Below are positions 24,425 to 36,925 of a DNA stretch of 51,304 nucleotides, in pieces (the stretch's first letter is position 1; each line of letters opens with the position of its first letter). A model generated the notes under the pieces. That model was not told where the DNA came from and did no database searches. It worked only from the letters and a program-made list of their open reading frames with translations. Source of the stretch: Octopus bimaculoides (lineage: Eukaryota); NCBI RefSeq assembly GCF_001194135.2, contig NC_068985.1:67978737-68030040 (forward strand). Reading direction: 5' to 3'. A program made the translations under genes and the position numbers.

Positions 24425-24800
24425 ACTTTAAATCGGTTTTAAGGGGAACGTAGCATCACTTATACATCACGCGGTCCGTATAATTATCCGTCACAGTGCT
24501 ATCGATTGACAGCTATATATCGATTGTAAGCTCCATCCTTAAACTCATCTGCATCGTTTCCTACCCTGATGAGGACACCCGATTTATCCAATATTGACTA
24601 CTTCCATTTCGGCCTGCAATATTGTGGTTAACTACATCTACAAACATTATGATGGATCTCCGAGCTTCAAGAAACAGTTGTTAGACTTTTAATTCCCTAC
24701 CACTTCCTTTTAATATTCCCTGTGTAAGTTTGATCTATTAATATATAAATATCTAGTGGTATACTTAATTATTCATCTTCTGAAAGTCTATAGGTTTTGC
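24425..24800 (+). mobile_element. Unclassified repeat remnant with an isolated CTGATGAG half-motif (possibly Penelope-derived)
   Basis: cctaccctgatgaggacacc at ~24561-24580 next to a microsatellite. The GAAA half of a hammerhead is missing and there is no ORF. Confidence 0.25.
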
Positions 24801-24819
24801 TTTATCTAGTTTTACATAT

Positions 24820-25525
24820 ATGCATATATACATATATTGTACATCAAACCCAAGCTGTTATATTTGGGACACTGTCATATTCTCTGATGAGTTCAGATTT
24901 GCTGTATTTTCTGATAGCGGTCGAGTGCAGGTCTGGCGACACTGTGATCAAGAATTTGATGTGAAAATATTGCAACCAACAATGAAACAGGGTAACTATT
25001 CTGTGGTGGTCTGGGGAGCAATTTGGAGCAATTGCTGATGAGAACTTGTGGAGTGTGAGGAAAAAATAAACTGAGATACATATATGTGTCCATATTGCAG
25101 AAAGGACTCCTACCAAGCTTTTACAATCTTTTCCAGTGGTGAAATTATTAAAGACTCTAAAATGATCCAAGATTTGTTGGCTGAGGATAACACTAAAAAA
25201 CTTCCATGGCCAGGCCAATCACCAGATATTAACCCTATTGAAGACCTTTCTGACATAATGGACAAAACACTTCTTAAAATGAACAAGAAACATCTTCAAA
25301 CCAGATTTTTGAGATTACTGCGTGAAGCTTGGCAAGAAATTCCGCAAGAGAATATTCGTCATCTGATCGGTAACATGCCGGTAACATTTTGATAAAAGCA
25401 AAGGGCATGTCTGCTAAATATTAAATATTCACATTATAACAATTAATAAATAATTTGAATGTATAATTTCAGAATTAGATAAATTTTATTGATTATAATT
25501 GTGTCTATTTACTTCTGTCATAGAC
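24820..25525 (+). mobile_element. Tc1-family transposase pseudogene (3' half)
   Basis: WDTVIFSDEFRF (first D), VVVWGAIW, WPGQSPDINPIEDL (catalytic E region), LREAWQEIPQENIRHLIGNMP. The second-D block (FQQDNA) is deleted and there are frameshifts. Confidence 0.9.
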
Positions 25526-25539
25526 ACAATTATAATCTT

Positions 25540-25587
25540 CCGCAGATTTTACAAAAGTGATTCAAATATGAAAGATTCAGTGCCTCC
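25540..25587 (+). repeat. 48-bp exact direct repeat, copy 1
   Basis: ccgcagattttacaaaagtgattcaaatatgaaagattcagtgcctcc, identical at 26445-26492. Confidence 0.9.
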
Positions 25588-26444
25588 CTTCACCCCTTCT
25601 TCTTTCTCTCACTCCCACTCTCTGTATATATCTATATGTGTGTTTTCATACATACGTACATTAAGTGTCCATCTGTTGGATGGAGGATTTCAGCAGTTTT
25701 ATAAAGTGGCCCTAAATATTATGTATTGTATTGTACATTCAAAAAATCACATGATCGTTGACATATGCGTACAGTTTCATTTCATCTTTTCATCTTTATT
25801 CACTGTTTTGACTAAAAGTGACACACATATAAATCAGTCTGACAATATATTGTCTCTGCGATTTAAGTCACTCAAATACACACTCACATGTAGAATTCCA
25901 TTGATAGCTATATCGATATATACACGTACATGCGTATATACTATATATAAGGAGCTGTATATATANNNNNNNNNNNNNNNNNNNNNNNNNNNNNNNNNNN
26001 NNNNNNNNNNNNNNNNNNNNNNNNNNNNNNNNNTATATATATATATATATATATATGAATTCCAACCAACCACATTTCGTGGTTCGCTACCTCAACAGCT
26101 CCTTTATAGGATACAGTGTCTAAAGACATCGTCAAAAGGAACTACGTCCGACTTCGGTCCCTACTCCTCTACCGTTTTTTACGTACCCCACCCCACCCCT
26201 ATCGGAGGTGTCTTCAGCTCTGGTGTTGAATGCGTGTCTTCTTTCTCCAACTTTCCTTTGTTCTTTGCTTTCTTCGATGGAACGTCAACAAATGTCAGCT
26301 GGGGAAAGACCATCCTGCTGAATCTTCATTTAAATACTCGCCGGTAGACACCACTAGCCACCACCAGTTAATTACCACGCAACATTGTCTAAGCTTCAAC
26401 AGACCAACGGAAAGGAAGTGCGCCATGTGTATGTACATATAATA

Positions 26445-26492
26445 CCGCAGATTTTACAAAAGTGATTCAAATATGAAAGATTCAGTGCCTCC
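26445..26492 (+). repeat. 48-bp exact direct repeat, copy 2
   Basis: Identical to 25540-25587. Confidence 0.9.
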
Positions 26493-26529
26493 ATCCCTCC
26501 CTTCCTTTTTCTCTCGCTAATCCTGCCTT

Positions 26530-29500
26530 CCAACAATGTCCTGTTAGTTTCAGTTTCAGCAGCAAAGACAACCAGCTGTTTGGTTTTGTACAAGCCTTCG
26601 GACCAGGAGGAGGGCGCGCTATGAACGAGGTCGCTACTTTAGCCCACCTTTCAATCAGCGATACTGCTTAAGTGTCAGTCAGCCTCACCTAGCGACGCTA
26701 TTTCCCAGTCGGCATGTTTTGGCTTTCAAGCCATTTTGGGTCTTCTCGTTTCAGCCATATATAGAACTGGCTTTGTCGACTGCCTCCTGTATCCTCTTTG
26801 TAACTTTTCTCAGTTCTGAGCTCGAAAATGCAAACCTTTTAAATAACGTCGCCATTCTCCTTTCTATGAAGCCTCTAGCACCCACTGCAAGGTGGTAATA
26901 CTCGACAGTCCATCCCTGTTATCTGCTCTCTTCGATTAATCACTCATACCTCTTCTTCCGTTGCTCTGCATTAGCGATGTTCTCTTCCCATGGCACTGTC
27001 AGCTCTAGCAAAATTCCAATTTTCCGTTGTGTTCTATGGGATTAAGTCCGGTCATTTTGTTGTGTTTTTTCTTTTAGTGGAAATATTAAAAGTCTTTCCA
27101 GATCCGCAGCAAGCTCCCAGTATCCATTACATCTTTCTTCTGTCGCGTATACTTTAGTTGAAGGTCACGCCTTACTCTCCCCTATTATATCCCTCGATCT
27201 TCTCCTTGAGTGCTGCGCTTATGACGCCGAGGACTTGGTTGTGATGCCATGTATGTCTGTCTAGTGCTAGCCTACTGTTTCACCGAACCTGTCTCACCGT
27301 CACTTTCTCCCAGCATCTACATTCATCAGTTGTTTGTATGTTCTACTGGACTAAATTCGCCGGTGAAGGTAAAACGTCGAAGGTAGACTTGATCAGGTAG
27401 GATGTTCTTGCTTGTTCCTAAGCCCAAAGTTCCTTCCATGAGATTCTGCGACTGACCACATATTGCTCCTACCTCAGGCACTATCCCTGTTGACTACATT
27501 GCACCAAATGTACATTTCGCCTTTCTTCTTCCTCTTTTCTCACGTCGTGTACCACTGCCGCTTTCATCTCTTTTACACTGCTCATGCAAATTGGCTTGAA
27601 ATTGTACAACACTAGACTGGCTCTCGCTTCTTGTGTCGCTCCGACTATATTGGTATGCCTTAGCTTTCCAATCGCCTTGTTTACTGCCTCTTCTGCTTTC
27701 CAGTTCCTCCCTGTTCGTACCTTTGGAGAGTTTTTTAGGATGTTCTAATCTTTCGAATACCTTAGTATCATTACTATCCTTGACTTTCCTGCCTTATATT
27801 CTTCGGCAATTGATGTCATCGGTAGTTGCAGCACGGGTTTTCCATATTGTGCAGTTGTATTCAGTAGATTTGGAAGATTAAGCGATTTTCTGACAAACAC
27901 ACTGCATCTTTTTTTCATCATTTCTACTCTACTTGAGACTATCTACAATGGCTAGATTATCATTGGGTACAGTCCAAATTGCAGTATCAAACATTTGAAT
28001 TTCGCCAGTAATGTTGTTCTGACAATTGCCTTTAGTCCCTGTTCCACTAAGTCATGTGTTTCTTTGCTTTGCTTCTTATCATTTAGTAAATCTATGTACT
28101 ATCTGCCGAGAATCTTAACTGGTTGTTCTTACACCGTTGATATATCTTTACCTCTTATACTGAATTTCTCTTCTTTTTGTACTCCTTTCACGAAAAACAC
28201 GCTTCGAGATTTTTTGGCTTTGGATTTCATTCTCGCCCTTCCTATTTGTTAGACCAACTTTCTTTTAATACAGTAACGTCGTCCATAAAAGCTGTTCATG
28301 GTGTCTCTGTAACAGATTGCTCAGTTTGTTGATCTTCGTAACATCTCCATGACAAGCACAAATCGTGCATCCAGCTTCAATACCTTCTTCAAGCATTTGT
28401 AACTTCATTGTGAACATTCTTGCTGTAAATTTCATCCCAAATTTATCGTAGTAACACACGAACATTCGTTGAACATCTTCTGGAATTCAAAAGAAATCCA
28501 TAGCTGCTTGAATAAGTGCGTGTGGTGCAGATCCATATACACTGGCACCAACTAGCCATACAATGTATAAGTTTTTCTTCAGTTGTTTTGTACAGCTGAT
28601 AGCTTCCCAGATGGCAAATGCATGCTTTATGTATCCAGGGATTCCAGGGATCCCTGCCTTTTGGGTTGCTTCATTAACATATCCATTATGCTGTATGAAT
28701 CTTCTGATTCGCCTGGCAATGAATGATTCCTAACCTGATTTTCCCGTCGGTATTTAATAATGAAATATGTCTGAATTGCCCTAGTGTTTTTGCATCATTC
28801 TCTTTACTTAAACAGATACCTTCAGCTATACGCTATCGCTCTACTACGTCTTTCCTCTTCTACACTTCCCTTATCAGTGCAAATAGTTGTAAACGCAATT
28901 TCGGGCAATACTTATAAACCCTGGTGAACTTTTTTCTCTTGCTTTTCTAACGAACTCATCAATGTCTTTCCGTCTGATGTCACTAAAATCGAATGGTACC
29001 CTTGGTTCAGGTGGTTTCTTCATCCCGCGCATGTCTGGGATTACTTTATTTCCATCAGCATCGCTGTATGTCCCTTTAAGATGAGGTTTGAGTTCTTTAG
29101 CGCAATCCATTCTTCTACCCTTACTTTCAGTAAACAAATATTTAGCATGTTGATATGGGTTGTTTGCAAAACTACGATAATTATTTTCCCTCTCCTTTCT
29201 TTTGTTCTTCCTTCTGTCCTTTCTTGGTTGTTCTCGATTCCTCCTTTTCATCTCTTCATATAACTGTTTGAACCCTTCTCTTTCCTCCTCCTTTGGATCC
29301 ATCCATCTTATTCTGGGTTTTTTCTTCTCTTCTCGTATCTTTGCGATCCGTCTTTCTCTCCTCGATGGCACGCCCTTTACCGATGATTCTCCATTCCCTT
29401 TTGTTTCAAGTCCAAATCTTTTCTCTCCTTCCAGATGGATTATATTAACCAACTTCTCGAGCTTTTGTTTGTCATCCCGTTTGAATTTGGTGGTCATTCT

Positions 29501-29950
29501 TGCTACCGCGTCGTCGAATTACTTATAGCTCGCTGCATCATTTGCCTTCCGACGCTTAATCTTTGGCTTCTTCACGCCTATCTCTTTTCTAGGTTGTTCC
29601 GATTCAACTGTGGAATGACCCTCGCTATGGTTTCTTTCCAGGAGGTTCTTCCCAGACATCTTCTGTTTTTCAACCTGTGCTGTTGAATCACTTTCTTCTG
29701 ATACACCTTCACTTGGTGAATTCTAAGCCCGATGTAACTAGAAATAACCTTTCTGCAGCTGCTAAATTCCTCATGTACCTTTCCTTTATTGCTTCCTTTC
29801 CTGTTGTCCATTTCCGGTCCGAGTGATAGCCTAGCATGTCCCTGCACCGAGTATTCCATCATCAGAGACAAGGTAAGTATGTGGTTGCCTTCACACTGAT
29901 GACAGAATACCCAGCGGATGAGCATGCTAACCTATCACTTGAAATATCTC
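26530..29950 (-). mobile_element. HERO-like (R2-group, RLE) non-LTR retrotransposon, near full length, decayed
   Basis: N-terminal Cys motif FCHQC; SRRERRIAKIREEKKK..EEEREGFKQL..FANNPYQHAKYLF..LKPHLKGTYSD; RT YYDKFGMKF..LEEGIEAGCTI; C-terminal YTWHHNQVL; RLE LLELTVPWEEN..KKRYE..GWTVEY..VGARGF. Domain order and motifs match the HERO clade as I recall it. Confidence 0.82.
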
Positions 29951-30495
29951 AGAAATAACTATAAGACTTTAAATTCACCTTACCCTAATTTAATTATTAT
30001 AAATGACATGAGATACTCGTCCTGACTTGGCTTTTGCTGTCCTTTTCCTTTTAGTATATATATATATATANNNNNNNNNNNNNNNNNNNNNNNNNNNNNN
30101 NNNNNNNNNNNNNNNNNNNNNNNNNNNNNNNNNNNNNNNNNNNNNNNNNNNNNNNNNNNNNNNNNNNNNNNNNNNNNNNNNNNNNNNNNNNNNNNNNNNN
30201 NNNNNNNNNNNNNNNNNNNNNNNNNNNNNNNNNNNNNNNNNNNNNNNNNNNNNNNNNNNNNNNNNNNNNNNNNNNNNNNNNNNNNNNNNNNNNNNNNNNN
30301 NNNNNNNNNNNNNNNNNNNNNNNNNNNNNNNNNNNNNNNNNNNNNNNNNNNNNNNNNNNNNNNNNNNNNNNNNNNNACACATATATACCAATATATATGT
30401 AAACATGGACACAGGTGTATGGAGAATTTTTATACTTATCTCTATTTATCAATCTCCACTCCTCCCTCTCTTTCTCTCTCTCTATTGATATATGC

Positions 30496-30548
<53 letters not shown>

Positions 30549-31822
30549 CACACATGTATGTACATTGAAATGGATAAGACATGATAATCATTATTCACTG
30601 GTTTTTAACAAAATACAATTTTACTTTGCATACATTAAAAACAGTATAATTTTTGTTTTCCTAACGTTATAAGAAAGTAAAACGTAAGTTTATATAATGT
30701 TAAGATCAAAGTTCATAGAGAAATACATTGATTGGCATTAATGCAAGAAAGAGAAAAACATGTACGAGTAGTTGTGTGTGCGTGTGTGTGTGTGTGTGTG
30801 TGTGCGTGCGTGCGTGTATGTGCGTGCGCGTGTGTGTGTGTGTGCGCGCACGTGAGCGTGAGTGTAAGTGAAAGCCTGCGTGCGTGTGCGTGTGCGTATG
30901 CGGTGATACATACAAATCACACACGTCTAGCAAAAGAGAGACAGAGTGGGGAGAGAGAGAGGGAGAGAGAATTATTGGTAAATAACAGCGAATGTAAAAG
31001 TAACTGGTTGTAGAATCCTGTCTAAATTTCTCGAGATGAGTCACCTGTTTCAAAGTTACTTCATTTCACGATAAAAGCTTGTCTACCCTTCTGAGTCATA
31101 ACATAACATCTCTAGCTAAAGGCAAATTGGAAGATATTGATTTAAGAAAACTATGGTTGTTTCCTAAGAGGGCCGTCATCATCTCCCACACAAACCTACA
31201 CACCCATGTATACACTACACAGACGCACGTACACACACAGACACACAGGCACAAAACACATACACACACACACAAACGCAAATATATGCATACTTACATA
31301 TATGCAAACATACATGTGGATGTCTGTATATAGATATTTATGTGTGTATACCTACATGTATAGATATATAGATGTACATATGCGTGTGTGCGTACGAGAC
31401 TGAAATTATCTGTGAGAGAGACCAAGAGTGAGTGAGCGAGTGAGTGAGCGAGTGAGTAAGAGAGTGAGAGAGAGGGTGAGAGAGAGGTAGAGAGAGAGAG
31501 AGAGGGTGAGAGAGAGGTAGAGAGAGAGAGAGTGAAAGTGCGTGTGTGCTGAAATCAACAACTGGTATTTCGGCTCCGATCATTTTTTTTCTTCTTAGTT
31601 TTCTTCAATATGAAGCAGTTATTTTTGAAGCAGTCCCCTTATTAATTAGTGTTGTTACTGTTTTTTGTAATTTGTGAAATGCACATCCATTATCAAAATT
31701 TATGTACTTGTTCACGTTATCGTCATATATATGAGTTTTTGATGTCTCTATGCGGGATTTAATTCACTGGTGATGCAAACGAATAGGTACGCTGAGTAAG
31801 TGCTATACTTGGTCAATGCTTA

Positions 31823-31930
<108 letters not shown>

Positions 31931-32078
31931 GTGTGTGTGTGTGTATGTATGTATATATATATGGCATGTATCTCAGTCGTTCCTATATGTGGAGGAATAG
32001 TGACAATAATACAAATACCAGCAATTTTCCTTGAGATATTACTGATAATTTGGGTATCATCATCGTCATCATCCCCCT

Positions 32079-32342
<264 letters not shown>

Positions 32343-32344
32343 AT

Positions 32345-33489
32345 TTTTCTTGGTGATCTCTGCTAACTATATCTGGCCCATTGTCCTTAACTTCTCTATC
32401 TGTGTGTATTGGCATATCCCAGAGTATGGTTGCTTTATCACTTCTGTGGATTTTTCTGGTGTGTGCCTATACCATCGTTTTTCTGTTGTTATTGTATAGT
32501 GTTGGCATAGCTTCCAGTTTATATGGGTCCCAACTCTATCCTGTCTCTGAATATATTCCATCTTCGCCTGGACTGGGAAGCCAGAGATGGTACGAGTTAC
32601 TGTTTCTTCTCCATCACTGCATATTCTGCTGTTACTTGTATTTCTTTTCATTACGGGTTTTTGGTCAAACCTAGTGGGAAGGCTCTGGTCTTGTGCTGCG
32701 ATTAAATCTCCTTCAGTCTCTGCTTTGAGTGTTGAGCTTCTCATCCATTGCTGAAAATTTGCATTGTCTATTTCATTTTTGTTTAGCTTCAACAAATATT
32801 TGCCATGGAGGGCTTTTCTTGTCATCGTTTTATGATTTGTTGCTGTTCCAGTTTTCGTTTGGATTTCAGTTGTTATACAGCTTTCGTTGTTGCTTCTTCC
32901 TTTTCTTTATAGATGTTAGGTACTATGACTTCCTTTTCGTGTTTGTCAGTATGCTTAAGAACTAAAACAATGTTTTGTTTTTGTTTTGTACGCGTTTTGT
33001 GGTTATTTGTATTAGTTTTCCTTTCTTCTGAAGTAGGTATTTCTGTAGTCCTATGGTGGTTATTTTCTAATAATCCTCTAGCTGAATAAAGCCTCTAACC
33101 CTTTAGATAAGTTGTATACATAGCCTTTCCATGTCAGATTTTAGGTGGTTTATCCTAATTCCTGATATTATTTTTCTTGTTTTCCTGTCTATTTTGATTA
33201 TTTCATTGAGAGTACAGTTAAGAATGTCGTAGCTGTAACTTATAACTTGGACGGGTAGAGTGTTGCCTTCTTTCGTTCACATTTAGCTCTGTTTTTAGTA
33301 TTAATCTAAGTCGTCTGTATTCTTCCTTTTTTATCTTCCCTTTCATCTGCATGTGTTGTATCGTTTCTAGTTCATAGAATCCTAAGTATTTGTATGTTTA
33401 GCATTGGTCTAACTCCCTTATTTTATATGCTTTATCTAGTGTGATATTGTTACTCTTAACTAGTTTTCTTCCTTTCAAGGCTGCTTTTG

Positions 33490-33490
<1 letters not shown>
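32345..33490 (-). mobile_element. R4/Dong-like LINE fragment E (same family as G and H)
   Basis: LHGKYLLKL..WMRSSTLKAETEGDLIAAQDQSLPTR..CSDGEETVTRTISG..YIQRQDRVGTHINWKLC; ends just after the RPD-like motif. Confidence 0.88.
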
Positions 33491-33536
<46 letters not shown>

Positions 33537-33546
33537 CCATCATTAA

Positions 33547-33970
33547 TTTTGAGTAAGAGAGTAGCACATGCTATCAAAGTGAGTTGGGATTAAAATATAC
33601 GAAGCCCAGTATACCCATGATGACTACCCGTCTGACAAGGGTACAGCAGGTAAATTTATCACAACACTATGTGCCCAACAAGGTGATCTCAAATCAAAAT
33701 AAACAACGCACAAGCTTGCAGGTGTGGCCCAGTTAGAATTTTCTTTATGTCCATCCCATTCGAAATGTCCCTGAATAAGGGCTGTTTCAGGATGTTGAAC
33801 AAAGCAACAATGTTTCTAGAAGTAAATTATCCCAAACCCAGAGAATTCTTCTCAATACATGGCTATGATGCTCCCCCACTACTTCTGCTCGTAATCACAG
33901 ATGCCCATATCGTCAGCCACTAAGAGACATGCTCAACTGGTTAAGGTCAAACAACTAACAAGCAAATATG
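33547..33970 (-). mobile_element. ~560-bp (AAT)n-anchored non-coding element, 5'-truncated copy
   Basis: Reverse complement aligns with 36290-36715, e.g. aaatatacgaagcccagtatacccat..gactacccgtctgac, cccagttagaattttct, ggttaaggtcaaacaact. Confidence 0.85.
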
Positions 33971-34275
33971 TTGTACTATTACCACCTTTTTTATCGACCA
34001 CAACTGTTTAACCTCCCAAGCTAACCTGCTATATCTATCGACTTTTCTTTCTTCATTATCTTGTTGTCAGCTGGGCATGCCATATCTATTATCCAGCAAA
34101 GTTTGCTTTCTTTCTCAATTAAGACTATTTCTGACTTCCTATTCTCTATCTCATGGTCGCACTGAATCATAAAATCCCATAGGATCTTTGCATTCTTATT
34201 TTCTATGATGCCTTGGGGTTTGTGGTGGTACCAATTTTTTGCTCTGTCAAGTCTATACTTGTTGCAAAGTGTTCA
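33971..34275 (-). mobile_element. R4/Dong-like RLE fragment F
   Basis: Frameshifted minus-strand remnants of HKPQGIIEN..KILWDF, CWIID.AC and ..RYSRLAWEVKQLWSIKKV. Confidence 0.7.
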
Positions 34276-34276
34276 A

Positions 34277-35763
34277 TGGACAAGCCTGAAAGAAGAAAGG
34301 CCTAAGTGTAGCCTGACTCGACTACCGAAAGGCTTTTGATAGCATCCTCAACACTTGGATCCTAGAAACACTAGCCATTAACAAGGTACCACCAATAATC
34401 CTAAAATACATAAAACACTCTTTGAAAATATGGCAGACAGTGCTAGAGCTCCAAACAAAAGTGGGACTCTTAAAAACCAAAGCCATCCCCATTAGAAGAG
34501 GAATATTCCAGGGAGACACGCTTTCTCCACTCCTTTTCTGCTTGGTATTGACACCTTTATCTGATACGCTAAACAGAACTGGATTCGGGTAAAACTGTTA
34601 CGACAAAACAAGCAGCCACCTCTTATATATGGATGATCTAAATCTGTACGCTACAAATGATAAACAGCTGGAAACATTACTATAGACAGTACATGGATTT
34701 ACCAAAGAAATAAATATGAAATTTGGCTTAGAAAACCGTGCCAAAGCAATCTTGAAAAGAAGAAAAACTAGAAGAATACTATAGACGAATTAGATTAATA
34801 CTGAAAACAGAGCTCAATGCGAAAAACAAGATAATAGGCATCAACCCTCTACCCGTCCCAGTTATAAGTTACAGCTACAATATCCTCAACTGGACACTAA
34901 ATGAACTAACCAAAATAGACAGGGAAACAAGAAAAATAATTACAGTATGTAGGATGTACCACCCAAAATCTGACATATAAAGGGTATATATATATATACG
35001 ACTTATAGAAAGTGGTAGAGGCCTTATACAGCTAGAAAACTATTACAAAATAACCACCATAGGACTTCAAAAATACCTACTTCAGAAGAAAGGAAAACTA
35101 ATAAAAATAGCAATAAAACACGAACAAAACAAAAAGCTGTTTTCAGTCATTAAGGAAGCTGGCAAATACAAACAAAAAGTCATACTAACAACTATGAAAA
35201 AGAAGAAGAAACAACGAAAGCTGTAAAACAAATGAAATCCAAACTAAAACAAATGAAATCCAAACTAAAACTAGAACAGCAACGGACCATGATAAAACGA
35301 TGACAAGAAAAGCCCCATCATGGTAAATACTGAGCTAAACTAAACGTAATTGAAATAGACAAAGCAAAATCCCAGCAATGGCTGAAAAGCTCAGACTCAA
35401 AGCAGAGACTGAAGGAAATCTTAATTGCAGCACAAGACCAAAGCCTCCCCACCAGAAATTACAAAAATCATAACTGTAATGTGGAGTCTAATAACAGAAA
35501 CACTTCCTATCACAGTGAGTTCATTAGGTATGATAAAAAAATATTCAGACAAATGCTTAACAAAAACACCAGGACAAACAAATATATATAACATACAGAA
35601 AATAGCATTACTAGGCACTGCACACATCCTACGTAAAACACGTTCAATACAGTAACCATAAGAGTATCATAGCAAACCATAGCACATACCCAAGGCAAAC
35701 AGAGCTGTACTCGGTAGTAAAAAAAATAAAACTCATAAATAATAACAACAACAGCAACAAAAA

Positions 35764-35765
<2 letters not shown>
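34277..35765 (+). mobile_element. R4/Dong-like LINE G, 5'-truncated, internally deleted, 3' end intact
   Basis: LDYRKAFDSI..RRGIFQGDTLSPLLFCL..HLLYMDDLNLYA..MKFGLE; AQDQSLPTRNYK; a deletion removes most of the CCHC/RLE; IQKIALLGTAHILRKT*; 3' UTR then (AAT)n. Confidence 0.92.
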
Positions 35766-35856
<91 letters not shown>

Positions 35857-35870
35857 TAATACTAATAATT
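35766..35870. repeat. (AAT)n tail of LINE G
   Basis: Read directly. Confidence 0.95.
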
Positions 35871-35874
35871 ATAA

Positions 35875-36010
35875 TATGTCACGCACATATGGTTGTGAGG
35901 CATGTACCTGGTGTACCCTTATCAGACGGGTAGTCATGATGGGTATACTGGGCTTCGTATATTTTACCCCAATGTCACTTTGATGACATGCACTGCTCTC
36001 TCACTCAATA
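35875..36010 (+). mobile_element. ~560-bp (AAT)n-anchored element, 3' ~135 bp only
   Basis: Matches 36585-36715; starts right after the tail of G and ends ctctctcactc-aataaaaataat. Confidence 0.88.
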
Positions 36011-36051
36011 AAAATAATATTGATGATGATGATGATGATGACGATGATGAC

Positions 36052-36102
<51 letters not shown>

Positions 36103-36158
36103 ATATTGAATCAGTACCTCGATGCCCTGCAATATTAATATCCTTGAANNNNNNNNNN

Positions 36159-36715
36159 ATGCCATGATGCAATACCAGGCACTGGTTCTCAGGCTTTTGA
36201 TCTTAACTGACTGGAAGTGTTATCATGTACATTGTCTTGTCTTGGTGTAAAAGATAGGCTGCTGCAAATATTTTGCTGAATACCACAAAATTGTTTGTCA
36301 GTTGTTTGACCTTAACCAGTTGAGCCTGTTTCTTAGTGGCTGATGATATGTACATCTGTGATCACGAGTAGAAATAGTGGGGGAGTATGATAGCCATGTG
36401 TTGAGAAGAATTCTTTGGGGTTTGGATAATTCATATCTGGAATCATAGGTATTTCGTTCAAAAACTTTAAACAAGCCTTATTCAAGGACCGCTTGAGTGT
36501 GATAGGCTACTCGACCTGAAGAAAATTCTAACTGGGCCTCAGCTGCAACTTCATGTGCTGTTTATCTTGATATGAAATCACCATGTTGCGCACATATGGT
36601 TGTGATGCATGTGCCTGGTGTACCCTTGTTAGACGGGTAGTCATGGTAGGTATATTGGGCTTCGTGTATTTTACTCCAGTGCCAATTCGATGGCATGCTC
36701 TGCTCTCATATTCAA
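36159..36715 (+). mobile_element. ~560-bp (AAT)n-anchored non-coding element, longest copy
   Basis: Homologous segments occur at four other places in the window. There is no ORF and no tRNA A/B boxes that I can find. It ends at a decayed AAT-like tract; the 5' edge abuts a 10-N gap. Confidence 0.85.
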
Positions 36716-36729
36716 CAACTATAATAGCG

Positions 36730-36812
36730 ATGATGATGATGACGAGGAAAATGAAGAGGTTGATGATGAGGATAGTAATAGTAATAATAATAATATCATT
36801 ATCAACATCATC

Positions 36813-36849
<37 letters not shown>

Positions 36850-36863
36850 GCAGCAGCAGCAAC

Positions 36864-36921
<58 letters not shown>

Positions 36922-36925
36922 ATTC
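36730..36925. repeat. Compound triplet tract (GAT)-(AAT)-(ATT)-(AGC)-(AGT)
   Basis: Read directly; source of the poly-S, poly-V and poly-T ORFs. Confidence 0.95.

Noticed and set aside
24561-24620. CTGATGAG as a third hammerhead
   Set aside because: No GAAA or stem III follows; at most a decayed remnant.
26062-26105. Minus-strand CTGTTGAG..CGAAAT hammerhead-like spacing
   Set aside because: The core has A6U, stem II is out of register and stem I does not pair.
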